Shown: one piece after another, positions 1 to 9,609 of the stretch
Layout: each line of letters begins with the position of its first letter
How positions within the stretch are numbered: the first letter of the stretch is position 1
Source: a virus
Lineage: Duplodnaviria; Caudoviricetes
Virus record (IMG/VR): IMGVR_UViG_3300043446_004177
Span: 1 to 57,092 of that record
Reading direction: 5' to 3' (one strand)
DNA length: 57,092 nucleotides
The notes under the pieces: model-generated
Seen by the model: the letters and a program-made list of their open reading frames with translations, nothing else
Databases searched by the model: none
What the model was told of the DNA's origin: nothing
Translations under genes and position numbers: made by a program

Positions 1-127
1 TTTGCAACGCCACCATGGGCATATTCTTCCCAGACATCTTGATAAGTACCGTCAGGCATAAGCTTCTTCACCAAGCGGCGGCGTGATCCTCCGCCTTGCG
101 GTTGCTGCGGTTGGAAGTCAGGCATAG
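1..127. repeat. 127-bp terminal direct repeat, left copy (circular-assembly overlap)
   Basis: Bases 1-127 are identical to 56966-57092. The length equals a common assembler k-mer and the repeat lies inside a coding region. Confidence 0.95.
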
Positions 128-3100
128 GTGAAGCTGGCTTAAATGTTGAGCTATCCAGCGATGCAAGCTGTATTGGCTTGTTGACAGGCGTTAGCGAAAT
201 CGGTCGCGCAGGCTGCGTGAATGCAACCTGTTGTGGCGCAGGCGCGATCTGGTTTTGCGCAAATGTTGACTCATAGTGTTGAGGCATCGGCGCAGGCGCA
301 ATTTGATTTTGTGCAAATGTTGGCTCGTAATGTTGCGGCATTGGCGCAGGAGCGATTTGGTTCTGCGCGATTGTCGGTTCAAAACGTTGCGGTATCGGCG
401 CGGCCGCTATTTGATTTCCTGCAACGGATGATTCATAATGTTGCGGAGAAGGCATGATTGATGAAATAATATCAGCCTGTGATTTCATTATTGGCGATTT
501 GTTTGATATGTCTGCCATTTGATATGCGCTTGGACGTTTTTCATTGGCAATTTGCATTGATGATGGACCGCCCGCAGGAAAGCCCGCGTTTGCCCATGCC
601 GTCATCTGTTCTGCTTTTCGTTGTTTATCTTCTGCGTTTTCTTCTTTCATTGCATCAATGATAGCAAAATTTTTAGCATTTAAATTAAGCTGAGATTGCA
701 ATAAATTAGGCGGCATATCGCGATAACTATGTTGTGTTTGTTGACTGTTATCATGACCATTTTGATCAGATGTAGTATTTGGATTTTCTTGTTGATTAGA
801 AGATCCGTTTGATGCCCCCGATGAACCAGCTGATCCTGTTGCACCGCGTTCTGGTTTGCTGCCAGAAAATTCTGTGTCACCGCCGAAGCCAAAATGATCG
901 CGCTCGACTTCTCCGCCGTCTGCTTTTGGCAGTCGCGGAAGATCCGCAACACCATGAGCGTCATTGATAGCTTTGACTTCATCATCGCCAAGGATGCGAT
1001 TGACTTTCATCTCGCCGCCAATGAGCCAGTTGCCCGTCATGTTTGGATTTGTTTTATAACGATAGTGGCCACCATGAGGAACCTGATCTGTAATATGTGC
1101 GGTTTTTAAATCAGGCTTACCTGCCTTTGTCATGCGAGCTCGGCTGTTTGCGATCGATTGCCAATCGACATCATCAGGCATTTCAATTTCAGCCCACACA
1201 TGATTGTCAGGACGGTAGTCGGGTGCCTTCAATGATTTTTTAGATTTGCCGCCGATATGCGTTGCAATAGGTAAATCACCAGCATGCCAGCCGGGGCGAT
1301 ACGCAAGGTCACCAAGCTTTGATTTTACTTTGGTCGGATTTTTTCCCGGAGGGCCAGCTTCTGCGCTAACCCATTGGCCCATTGGAACAGGTTTATTTGC
1401 ATCAACAAACAAAGGGAATATTTGGTTCGGCTTGCGCGGATCTGTGCGGAAAAGCTTGTAAGCCTTTACTGTATTTGTTGGTTCGACATCACCGCCTTCT
1501 TCAAAATGTTGCGGCTCATGCCATGTATTTTCATTTTCATTGCCTTCCCACACAGGCGCGTGACGACCTGTTGCAAAATGAAAATACTCGTAATCCTTAT
1601 CATCATCAGGATAACGAAATTTATCATTTGCTGTCTTGGTCATTGTTTTACCAGAAGCCAAACGCAATTTTGCGCCTTCTGGCAAAGCTAAAGCTTGGAT
1701 TGGAGTGTGGAGCTTTTCACCAAACTTTACATCTGGGTGCACTAAAGAAAATGAATGATATTCATTTTTAATTTTTTCTGGATCATGAAAAGATTTATCT
1801 TCATGTTCTTGATATAAGTTAATTCCACCAGAGCCTTGTGCAGGTTGTATTCTTTTCAAACCAGAATGCGTGTCCATAAAATAATGCGTTTGTTGATTAA
1901 ACGCATCACCTTTTGTCGCAGCTATGATATGACCACGGGCCTTTGCCGTACCGCCATCTCCATAAGCTTCAACCTCGCCGCCTTCTGCATAGCGGCGCTT
2001 GATGTTTACGCGGTCGTGATCGAAGACGACGTAGTTGTGTGTTAGTTTATCCGTGCTCCAGCTGGCGAGTGGCCCGCGGCTACCTGCATCAAGATACTTA
2101 ATGCCGTGGATGCCAAGAGACATCAATTCATTGCTAGCGATGTTTTTGCCGCCCAAACCTTGGGTATTTTTATAATATACGTCTTGTCCAGTATCCTCTG
2201 GCTTATACGGCCTGTTTTTTTGCAATGGCGTATGATTAGCCAAAGCATTTTTTACATACTTGCTCTGCTCACTCAACGGCTTATCCCAATCCAAGAAGTG
2301 ATCAGGATGAGCGTCGATGTGGACCTCGTACATGTGGCCTTTATTTTTAATTTCAGGTTTTACAGAACGAATAAGCTGTTCTGCTTTTTCAATATATTCA
2401 GGTTTGTAATGAGAATAATTAGACCGCATGTCATCGACAGCTTCATCTAAACCCATATCATAATTTTGCATTTTTGTTAGTGCATGATGAATAGGATAAA
2501 GAACTTCTGACCAATTTATGTTCTCTGGATAAGAAAGATCTTCGTATGGATAAATTTCGTTTGCAGCTTGAGACGCAAGAGGAAATTCTTTCCCTTTTAC
2601 TGATATTGTTGGATTTTGAAGAGCATCACGATATTCTTTTGCTACAGGCTCCGCTTCAGCAAAATACAACCCATGGCCAAACGCTTGTGCGCCTTCGCCC
2701 GTTCCAATCTTGCTTGTGTCAAACTGCTCAAACTCATGCGGTGAGCCGTGGTAGGCGGTGATGCCGTCTACCTCTCCGCCGTCGCCTTTTGTAATATCGG
2801 GGTCATAACCCCATTCGTTCAATGAATCTCCATTGGTAAAAACATCTTTTGCTTTTACCCTCTTGCTAGCAATTTTATATTTTCCATTAAGAACACTTTC
2901 ACCATGCTGTTTAGCATATGCTTTAGTTGGCGTTACCCAATCGCCCTTTCTAATCATTTGACTAATTGGATTTTCATGTTTCATAGCATTTTTATAAACT
3001 TCGAGCGGTATAGCTCTATGAATCCAAACAGGAGCTTCTGGATTTCCTTTTATGCGAACAGTATGTCGATATGACTCCTGATCAATCGGATTATCTTTAT

Positions 3101-3230
3101 TGCCATAATAATGAAGGCCATTAGGGCCATACAAATCGGATGGGTATACGCCTGTTGTATCATGCAACGGCGCACCGACATCATCGTCCCGCGATGGCGC
3201 TTGATGCTGGCCGCGATAATCTTCTTCCAT
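1..3230 (-). CDS. Polyvalent virion protein, about 1116 aa, with ADP-ribosyltransferase-like domains; continues across the junction to the stop at 56845
   Basis: ATG at 3230 overlaps the upstream TGA (TGATG). The frame is open to base 1 and in frame with the 56845..57090 ORF. Motifs: WIHRAIP..GDWVT..TNGDSLNEWGY; YHGSPHEFEQFDTSKIGTGEGAQAFGHGLYF..MYEVHI..FLDWDKPLSEQ..GIKYLD..NYVVFD (ART-PolyVal-like); VKAYKLFR..RPGWHAG..VWAEIE. Confidence 0.9.
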   Translation of the reverse strand, partial: MEEDYRGQHQAPSRDDDVGAPLHDTTGVYPSDLYGPNGLHYYGNKDNPIDQESYRHTVRIKGNPEAPVWIHRAIPLEVYKNAMKHENPISQMIRKGDWVTPTKAYAKQHGESVLNGKYKIASKRVKAKDVFTNGDSLNEWGYDPDITKGDGGEVDGITAYHGSPHEFEQFDTSKIGTGEGAQAFGHGLYFAEAEPVAKEYRDALQNPTISVKGKEFPLASQAANEIYPYEDLSYPENINWSEVLYPIHHALTKMQNYDMGLDEAVDDMRSNYSHYKPEYIEKAEQLIRSVKPEIKNKGHMYEVHIDAHPDHFLDWDKPLSEQSKYVKNALANHTPLQKNRPYKPEDTGQDVYYKNTQGLGGKNIASNELMSLGIHGIKYLDAGSRGPLASWSTDKLTHNYVVFDHDRVNIKRRYAEGGEVEAYGDGGTAKARGHIIAATKGDAFNQQTHYFMDTHSGLKRIQPAQGSGGINLYQEHEDKSFHDPEKIKNEYHSFSLVHPDVKFGEKLHTPIQALALPEGAKLRLASGKTMTKTANDKFRYPDDDKDYEYFHFATGRHAPVWEGNENENTWHEPQHFEEGGDVEPTNTVKAYKLFRTDPRKPNQIFPLFVDANKPVPMGQWVSAEAGPPGKNPTKVKSKLGDLAYRPGWHAGDLPIATHIGGKSKKSLKAPDYRPDNHVWAEIEMPDDVDWQSIANSRARMTKAGKPDLKTAHITDQVPHGGHYRYKTNPNMTGNWLIGGEMKVNRILGDDEVKAINDAHGVADLPRLPKADGGEVERDHFGFGGDTEFSGSKPERGATGSAGSSGASNGSSNQQENPNTTSDQNGHDNSQQTQHSYRDMPPNLLQSQLNLNAKNFAIIDAMKEENAEDKQRKAEQMTAWANAGFPAGGPSSMQIANEKRPSAYQMADISNKSPIMKSQADIISSIMPSPQHYESSVAGNQIAAAPIPQRFEPTIAQNQIAPAPMPQHYEPTFAQNQIAPAPMPQHYESTFAQNQIAPAPQQVAFTQPARPISLTPVNKPIQLASLDSSTFKPASPMPDFQPQQPQGGGSRRRLVKKLMPDGTYQDVWEEYAHGGVA
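234..446 (-). repeat. About four in-frame 54-bp (18-aa) tandem repeats, consensus PQHYEPTFAQNQIAPAPM
   Basis: Translation: PQHYESSVAGNQIAAAPI / PQRFEPTIAQNQIAPAPM / PQHYEPTFAQNQIAPAPM / PQHYESTFAQNQIAPAP. Confidence 0.9.
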
Positions 3231-4927
3231 CACAGCCTCCCGCTGAACACAGGCTCGCCTGAATCCGCCGTCACGATGTGAACGCCGGGGATGCCGTGAG
3301 CGGGGTGAACAGATCCGCCGCGCTTTAAGCCTTCTTGCGGCGGAAGTGCTTGGGAAGATCCTCTTCTTCTTCTGGGTGCAACTCCGCTGGCGGTTTCCCC
3401 AAATGAGCTAGGTGAAGATAGGTTTCCCTGTTCTCCTTCAAGCCCGCTCGGCGCATTAGGCCCAACAAGCCCTTCGACAGGTCCATCTTCTCTGTGCCAA
3501 TCGGGGTGCGGGATTTGTCCTTGCGGTGTTGATGCTGCGTCATGGGTTAATGCCCTCGCCTGTTCCTGTGAGATTTTTCCTGCGCGGAAATCGCGCCAAA
3601 TATTATCAATAGCATCTACGTTTTTTTTGTTCGCTTTGAACGAAGGCGAAAACAACCCACGAATGGCTTCCCATGTAATGGATTGCATTTGCCTTGGCAG
3701 AATATCTCTTTCGTTTGCTGCTCGCCGATAGGCTTCAGCCACCAAAGGATACGTTCCACGAACGCCAGTTATATCAGACCCAGCCGCATTTGGAATACCC
3801 GCACCGGTGCTTGTGTCAAGATTATGCCCAACTTCAAGCGATTTGCCGCTCAAAGGACGATATAGTGCCGCCGCAACCGCATGAGTATCCGCCGTCACAT
3901 CGCCAAGCTTTGAATGAGGCACAAGAATGTTATTGTAAAAATTGCGAACCTTGTGTTTTGAACCCATCAATTGGGACATTGCTTCTGGGTTGTCTTTATT
4001 TTCAATCGCGGCAATTGCCTTGCCAATCTCATTGAACGAGCCCCAAGCGACCTTCTTATGACCGCCCGCATCCGTCATCGCATATTCTGTTTCGTCACCT
4101 TCTGGTGAGATGATGTGATATTTTTTGTCGCCATAAGTTTCGTCATGCAAGCGAAGCCACAATGCTTTTGCTGCAAGTCGTTCGTTGTTATCCAATCCCA
4201 TGTTGTCGATGTCGGTCAACGATTTGCCATGCATCATCTCAGCAACTTTAAGATATTTGGCTAGCGATGGATCCGCGCCTTTTTTAACTTGCGATTCTGT
4301 TGGCGTGATCATTTGCTTAAACTTTGTCATCATGGCATCGTCCATCGGTGTGTCGTGATGGTTTGCCATAATATGCAACACGCGGTTTCCTAGTGATACA
4401 TTTTGAAACCAATCTTTTTGAGGAGAGAGCGCCGCATAAACACCTGCAACAGAATGGTCAGGAAGATTGTATTTTGCCGATTGACGATCGGTAATTGCTC
4501 GAGCTCCATCATACCACTTGCTACTCCGCTCGCGAATGTCGGGCCTGATCTGGTCATGAAGAGCAAGCAAGTTGTCTTTCATGTGTTCAATAAAATGTTC
4601 TGCAAGCTCGTCATCGCTCATACGCAATGCGGCTGATTGCGGGACATTGATGTAATTACGAACAAGCGCCATGTTTTTGCCAAACACATTGTTTGGAGAA
4701 GCTTTCAATGCCGCCATATCAGAAATTTTTGGCTCACCTGCAGGCGTTGGGTCTGCCTTACTGCCGAGGCGCGTAGGAATCCACGCAGGATGATCTTCGC
4801 TTCCGATCGTCTTCATGGGCTCGGGCGGATTGTTGTGGCCCATCATGCTTTTTGAGCCGCCTTTTGCAAGTTTCACTCGCATGACAGGCTTAACAGAGCG
4901 AGCTATGCCCAAAACATCTTTGCTCAT
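3230..4927 (-). CDS. Virion-associated protein with a helical, possibly HhH DNA-glycosylase-like domain
   Basis: 565 aa with WY..A, AALSPQKDW..N, KVRNFYNNI, VTADTHA and AY..AA....LPRQMQSITW motifs, flanked by LAKGG and LKRGG motifs. Confidence 0.6.
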   Translation of the reverse strand: MSKDVLGIARSVKPVMRVKLAKGGSKSMMGHNNPPEPMKTIGSEDHPAWIPTRLGSKADPTPAGEPKISDMAALKASPNNVFGKNMALVRNYINVPQSAALRMSDDELAEHFIEHMKDNLLALHDQIRPDIRERSSKWYDGARAITDRQSAKYNLPDHSVAGVYAALSPQKDWFQNVSLGNRVLHIMANHHDTPMDDAMMTKFKQMITPTESQVKKGADPSLAKYLKVAEMMHGKSLTDIDNMGLDNNERLAAKALWLRLHDETYGDKKYHIISPEGDETEYAMTDAGGHKKVAWGSFNEIGKAIAAIENKDNPEAMSQLMGSKHKVRNFYNNILVPHSKLGDVTADTHAVAAALYRPLSGKSLEVGHNLDTSTGAGIPNAAGSDITGVRGTYPLVAEAYRRAANERDILPRQMQSITWEAIRGLFSPSFKANKKNVDAIDNIWRDFRAGKISQEQARALTHDAASTPQGQIPHPDWHREDGPVEGLVGPNAPSGLEGEQGNLSSPSSFGETASGVAPRRRRGSSQALPPQEGLKRGGSVHPAHGIPGVHIVTADSGEPVFSGRL

Positions 4928-5100
4928 TCTATCTCGCTCCTCAAAGATATCTTGGTCTCAAGCCGTTGGCGCTTCCAGAAGCCGCGCTTGATCTTACGCA
5001 ATGCTTTTGTGTTGTGCAGATAGCAATACAAGCTGCGCGCATAGCGGTTGAACGCATCAAACTCTGCGCCCCCCTTCAATACTGCGCGCGTGCCCATCAT
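4924..5100 (-). CDS. Small basic hypothetical protein (58 aa), below the ORF-track cutoff
   Basis: MMGTRAVLKGGAEFDAFNRYARSLYCYLHNTKALRKIKRGFWKRQRLETKISLRSEIE. It fills the gap exactly and overlaps both neighbours (TAATG and ATGA). Confidence 0.75.
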   Translation of the reverse strand: MMGTRAVLKGGAEFDAFNRYARSLYCYLHNTKALRKIKRGFWKRQRLETKISLRSEIE

Positions 5101-7448
5101 TATGGATTTCTTCCTGTAATAGCTGGCAAAACATTACCTAAAAGCTCTTCCACAATACCTGTGCTTTCAGGATGCACGGCGATGTTCTGCGCAAGATCAA
5201 CCATCTGGATACGCTCTTTCGCAATCATCTCTGCTTGTTTCATTGCATTATCGGCCGCATCTTTTTGCATATCAGCAGCAAGACCTGCTGCTTTTATTTT
5301 TGCATCCATGGTCTTTGCATCTGCAAGTTGCTTCTTGATTTGAAGATCGGCAACTTTTGCAAGTTTCTCATGTTGATCAGGCCCTTGCGGCCCACCAATC
5401 CCCGCAATTTCTTTATCTTGCATGACTTTTGCCGCATCAATTTGAAGCTTCGCTTGATCAACAGCAAGTTTGCCTTGTGCCGACATTTGTTTCGTGTCAG
5501 CTTCCTGTTTGCGGATCTGTAACTCTGCGATCGCACGCTGCATTTCAGGTGGCATTTGACCTTGTGCTTGTGGCGGGATCATAAACTGATCAGGGTTCGA
5601 CCAGCCCATCGCCTTCAGTGCCGCGGTATCAATCGCAACTGGATCATACATTGAAGGATTTGAAGCTTGGATTTGTTTTAAACCAACCACTTTCATCAAG
5701 CGCTGTGTTTGTGACGCAGTATTAGGATCAGCTTGCGGAACAAGATCAACTTGGTTCAACGCGCGCAAAAATGTTTCTTGATCCCATGGGCGTGCAGGGC
5801 GGCGGTTCTGCTGCCAGAACGATTCAGGGTTTTCGCGGAAACAATTGACAAGCAGCTGGAACTCTTCTGCCTGCGCTGCATGCATGCGCTTGTGTACGCT
5901 GTTCAAGACCTTTGTCGCCTGATCAATCAACGCAATCGTTGTGCCGACAGGCGCGTCTTGCCTGCCTTCGCCGACAGCCATCTCGGCCGTGCCACCGATA
6001 CGCATGCCTGTCTGCGCCATGTTATCGGTCAAGCTCATCAAACCGCCGCCAACGTCTTTGTATGGCAACGGCATCACAGCTTGATTGATTGGCATGCCGC
6101 CTGTCTTCACAAGCGCGCCACCACCGGGCGGCACACGGAAGATGTTCGTGTTTTGACGAGCGCCCGTGTCTGCGTACAAAAAGCCGGGGAAGTTGGCATA
6201 CATCCCAGCATCGAGCATTTCACGCCACGCAGCTGTGAGCGCGTTGGTGGTGTTGCCGAGAATGTGAAGCAAACCAATATCGTAAAAACCCATGCCGGGG
6301 ACAAACGTATACTTGACAAAATTCTGTCGAGCTTCTGGCAGATCCTTTGTGTCTTCATCGTAATTCCTCACGATTGACAAGATCTCTCTAGACGACACAT
6401 CAATTGTCACGCGATAGGGGATCTCAAGCCCCGTCTCTTTGCCTTTGCGCTTATGTTCAAACCCTTGAATGTTCAACTCGCAATAGCATTCATAGATCTC
6501 GCGATCACGGTCTTCTGGATTTGATTGTTCGCTTGATATGCCTTGCTGTTCGTTCTTTGCGCGTTGTGCTGCGTCTAATGTCGTTTGCCTTGGCGTTGAC
6601 AAATCAATATCACGATACACACCAAGGATCTGCATACGCTTCACAGTTGACGGTCGCATCATAATGCGATGCGTGATGCGCTTTGCATTTGAAAGATCGG
6701 TTGCCGAGTTGTTGACAATAAGATCATCAGCATCGACGCTTTCGCTTACGGGCCTGCCACGCAATGGGCAGAAGTAAATCTTTTTAAACGCAGTGCCTCC
6801 GAAACCGAGCATGAGAAGCATGCGGTCTGTATCTGGGTAATACTCTTTTGCAGTGGAGGTAAGATAGTGGTTGAGATCGTCTTCGAGATCATTAGCCAAC
6901 TGATCAGACTCAAGGGTAGCATTGTTGTTATCCTCGCGGATCTTTAAAGGCCCATCAGTCGGGAGCAGTTCGCTTCTTGCGTTAGCTTGGAAGCGGAGCA
7001 CCGCTTCAAGCAAGAGCGGGTGTCGAATACGCGACATGCCTTCCACGGGCGCTCCATCTGCTGCCCCAGCAAGTCCCGGCACTTCAAGTTTAAGTCCGAG
7101 GAGCTTGATGCCTTGCGCTCGATCTTCAATCCATTCTTTTCGTGATTGCAAATCATCCTCAACCCCTTTTAGAAGATCATCCGCAATCCTGCCTAGCTCC
7201 ATCTGATCAATATCTTCAACGAGGTTATCAAACCATCCTGCGCGGCTAGACCCTTCGGCCTTCTCCAATGGCGAGCCGTCAAGCGTAAGAGTGATTGACC
7301 CGTCTGGGCCTTCAATCGTGAGCAAGTTGCCTTTATCGTCTCGGTCTTCTTGTGGCCCGTCTTCTGCCATTTCGATAATCAGGTCACCGAGATTGAGCTT
7401 CTCTTCCTCGGGTTGTTGTTGACGCAGATTGAGAGGGGCGAGTGCCAT
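5100..7448 (-). CDS. Portal protein
   Basis: 782 aa directly after TerL. Motifs SRKEW, HPLLLEAVLRFQA..ELLP..GP, GTAFKKIYF, GFYDIGL and APVGTTIAL, plus a Q/A-rich C-terminal barrel typical of podovirus portals. Confidence 0.85.
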   Translation of the reverse strand: MALAPLNLRQQQPEEEKLNLGDLIIEMAEDGPQEDRDDKGNLLTIEGPDGSITLTLDGSPLEKAEGSSRAGWFDNLVEDIDQMELGRIADDLLKGVEDDLQSRKEWIEDRAQGIKLLGLKLEVPGLAGAADGAPVEGMSRIRHPLLLEAVLRFQANARSELLPTDGPLKIREDNNNATLESDQLANDLEDDLNHYLTSTAKEYYPDTDRMLLMLGFGGTAFKKIYFCPLRGRPVSESVDADDLIVNNSATDLSNAKRITHRIMMRPSTVKRMQILGVYRDIDLSTPRQTTLDAAQRAKNEQQGISSEQSNPEDRDREIYECYCELNIQGFEHKRKGKETGLEIPYRVTIDVSSREILSIVRNYDEDTKDLPEARQNFVKYTFVPGMGFYDIGLLHILGNTTNALTAAWREMLDAGMYANFPGFLYADTGARQNTNIFRVPPGGGALVKTGGMPINQAVMPLPYKDVGGGLMSLTDNMAQTGMRIGGTAEMAVGEGRQDAPVGTTIALIDQATKVLNSVHKRMHAAQAEEFQLLVNCFRENPESFWQQNRRPARPWDQETFLRALNQVDLVPQADPNTASQTQRLMKVVGLKQIQASNPSMYDPVAIDTAALKAMGWSNPDQFMIPPQAQGQMPPEMQRAIAELQIRKQEADTKQMSAQGKLAVDQAKLQIDAAKVMQDKEIAGIGGPQGPDQHEKLAKVADLQIKKQLADAKTMDAKIKAAGLAADMQKDAADNAMKQAEMIAKERIQMVDLAQNIAVHPESTGIVEELLGNVLPAITGRNP

Positions 7449-7451
7449 TGG

Positions 7452-9077
7452 TTAAATCCCATAAAGCGGCGCGGGCGGAGCACCCGTATGTTGGCGGCTA
7501 ATATCATATTCCTCTTGCGCCTCTTCCGCCCGTTGGATGAGGCTTGTTCGCCGTAAGTATCGCATAGCCATACTCACCGTGTCCACTAGGTCGTCGTGTT
7601 TGGCTTTCGGAAATTTCTGGCATTGGACAATCACATTGTCCGCCCAGCTCTTGTCGGGGGCATATACGAGCCCTTCTTCGAAAAGATGTTGGACGGCGTA
7701 AAGACGTGAAACCTTGTCAAGAGACCCCGGATTGTCGAGCTGAACAGAAAACTTTTTATTAGCGTATATCCTACGAAGCTCGGTCGCGACTGGAATGCCT
7801 GCCGCCTTGTCTTCAATCAGAACGCGGCTGATTGGAAAGCGGGCGCAGGTTTCAGCAATCTTCTGCATCAAATCCGCGAATTGAAGCCTTTCCTGCCATG
7901 CATAGACCAGCATCGCCTTCGGGTGCGGCTGCTTGTAGACGCGCTCAATTGCGTAGCCAACGCCTGTTTTGGCTGCGTCCGCAACAGGATCTTCCGAAAA
8001 AACGCCCCAGACGGTCATGGCGCTGTAATCGTTCTCGGTCTTCTCGGTGTAGGCGGTATCGACGGCCGCGATAATGTTGTCGAAGTCAGGAAAGCGCGGA
8101 GCGTCCCAAAGCTTCCACCAATTACGCTTGATGATGCCGCCATCCTCTGGGGTCGGTGTCTGCTGAAACTGACCAGAGACCGCATAGCTCCCCATGATCT
8201 TCTTGTCGCGATCGACGACATGCCGCGGGAAACGGTCGGGGAAGTAGAGCTCGCCACGCTCGGTGCGCGGATCCTCCCAGCCAAGCATGGTCGGGGTCGC
8301 GCGGTCGGGGTCGTATTCCATCGGGATCATGATGTGGTCGTATTCATCGGCCTGCTTTTCAAGAATGATTCCAGAAGGATCCTCTTCGTGCAGGCGCTGC
8401 ATGATCACCACGATGGCGGATCGGTCGGGATTATTGAGACGGGTCGGCACGGCCTGCTCGAACCACTCGGCCACGCTCGCGCGCACGGCCTCTGAGTTGG
8501 CATCGTCAACCGACAAGGGATCGTCGATGATCACCCGATCGCCGCGGGCACCCGTGATCGATCCAGCCGCCACAGCCTGCCTGAAGCCCGTCTTGGTGTT
8601 CTCAAACTTGGTCTTCGCGTTCTGATCGCCCGTAAGCTGGACGATGTCGCCCCACCGAGCCTGATACCATTCTGACTGAATGAGCCGCCGCATCTTGGTG
8701 GAATCGCGAACGGCCAGATCCATCGAGTGAGACGCGCAGACATAGCGCATCGATGGCATGCGCCGCGGTCCCCATTCCCATGCGGGCCAGAACACATTCG
8801 TGATCAGGGACTTCATTGCGCCCGGGGGCACGTTGATCAGCAGGCGGTTGTAGAAACGCTCATCATCAACCATGACGCCTTTTGTGATGGCTTCCAGATG
8901 GGCGCAGAGCAGGTCGATGTGCCAGTTGTGGACGTATTCTTGCCCCGGCTCAACCACATGCCATGCGAGCTGGATGAATTTTGCGAGAGACCGAGGCGCG
9001 TCATAAAGATCGAGGGCCACGACCTGCGCTTCTGCGTCAATCAGAGACCCGTCAGGCGCTCGAACGTAGGTTGTCAC
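7452..9077 (-). CDS. terL: Terminase large subunit
   Basis: LLINVPPGAMKS (Walker A variant), ITGARGDRVIIDDP (Walker B), IMQRLHEED, RNase H-like AAVDTA, VLIEDKAAG and FPKAKHDDLVD. Confidence 0.95.
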   Translation of the reverse strand: MTTYVRAPDGSLIDAEAQVVALDLYDAPRSLAKFIQLAWHVVEPGQEYVHNWHIDLLCAHLEAITKGVMVDDERFYNRLLINVPPGAMKSLITNVFWPAWEWGPRRMPSMRYVCASHSMDLAVRDSTKMRRLIQSEWYQARWGDIVQLTGDQNAKTKFENTKTGFRQAVAAGSITGARGDRVIIDDPLSVDDANSEAVRASVAEWFEQAVPTRLNNPDRSAIVVIMQRLHEEDPSGIILEKQADEYDHIMIPMEYDPDRATPTMLGWEDPRTERGELYFPDRFPRHVVDRDKKIMGSYAVSGQFQQTPTPEDGGIIKRNWWKLWDAPRFPDFDNIIAAVDTAYTEKTENDYSAMTVWGVFSEDPVADAAKTGVGYAIERVYKQPHPKAMLVYAWQERLQFADLMQKIAETCARFPISRVLIEDKAAGIPVATELRRIYANKKFSVQLDNPGSLDKVSRLYAVQHLFEEGLVYAPDKSWADNVIVQCQKFPKAKHDDLVDTVSMAMRYLRRTSLIQRAEEAQEEYDISRQHTGAPPAPLYGI

Positions 9078-9553
9078 TCGCTGTCCTCGTCGTCATCCTC
9101 AAACGGCTTGTCGTCGCTTTGTGAGGCTCTGGCAGCGGCCGTGAGCGCATAGCGCAGGGCATCACGCGCATCAGGATCCATGGCTGCAGGATCGAGCACG
9201 GTCGTCTGCGTCTGGATGGGGCCGCCATTGGGGCCTGTCAACTCGAGGGCGCGTTTCATCTCGCCGTACTCTTCTCGGTGCTGAGACCCCACCATCATCT
9301 TCCAGATCTGCGCGTTAAATTTTGGATCCTTGATCCCGATCTGCGCCTGATCTTCCCACCACTGGAGCGACAAAGCTCTCGCGCGCGTGAGGGCGTCAGA
9401 AAATTCTTCGTGGGCCGCAGCCCAATCCAAGATCGTTTGCTTTGAGACATTGCAAGCCAAGGCCATCGAAGTCATCGACTTGCCCTCTTTGCCAAGCTCA
9501 ATGATCGTCTCGCAATATTCAGGCTTGTAAAGCGACGGTCTGCCCGCAGGCAT
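9074..9553 (-). CDS. terS: Terminase small subunit (start revised to MPAGRPS)
   Basis: GGAGG RBS before the ATG at 9553; GRPSLY..EYCE helix-turn-helix N-terminus; ELTGPNGGPI tail; directly upstream of TerL. Confidence 0.85.
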   Translation of the reverse strand: MPAGRPSLYKPEYCETIIELGKEGKSMTSMALACNVSKQTILDWAAAHEEFSDALTRARALSLQWWEDQAQIGIKDPKFNAQIWKMMVGSQHREEYGEMKRALELTGPNGGPIQTQTTVLDPAAMDPDARDALRYALTAAARASQSDDKPFEDDDEDSE

Positions 9554-9609
9554 GGCTATTCCTCCAAACACCAGCAGAAAATAGTGCTTTTCCGCGCAAA
9601 GCGCAAATA

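Noticed and set aside
1-127. Biological terminal repeat of the virion DNA
   Set aside because: The 127-bp length equals a usual assembly k-mer and the repeat falls inside a gene, so a circular-contig overlap is the better explanation.
1-3229. Apparent coding gap suggesting a non-coding region or stop-codon reassignment
   Set aside because: A standard-code minus-strand frame is open throughout. It was missed only because it runs off the window edge.
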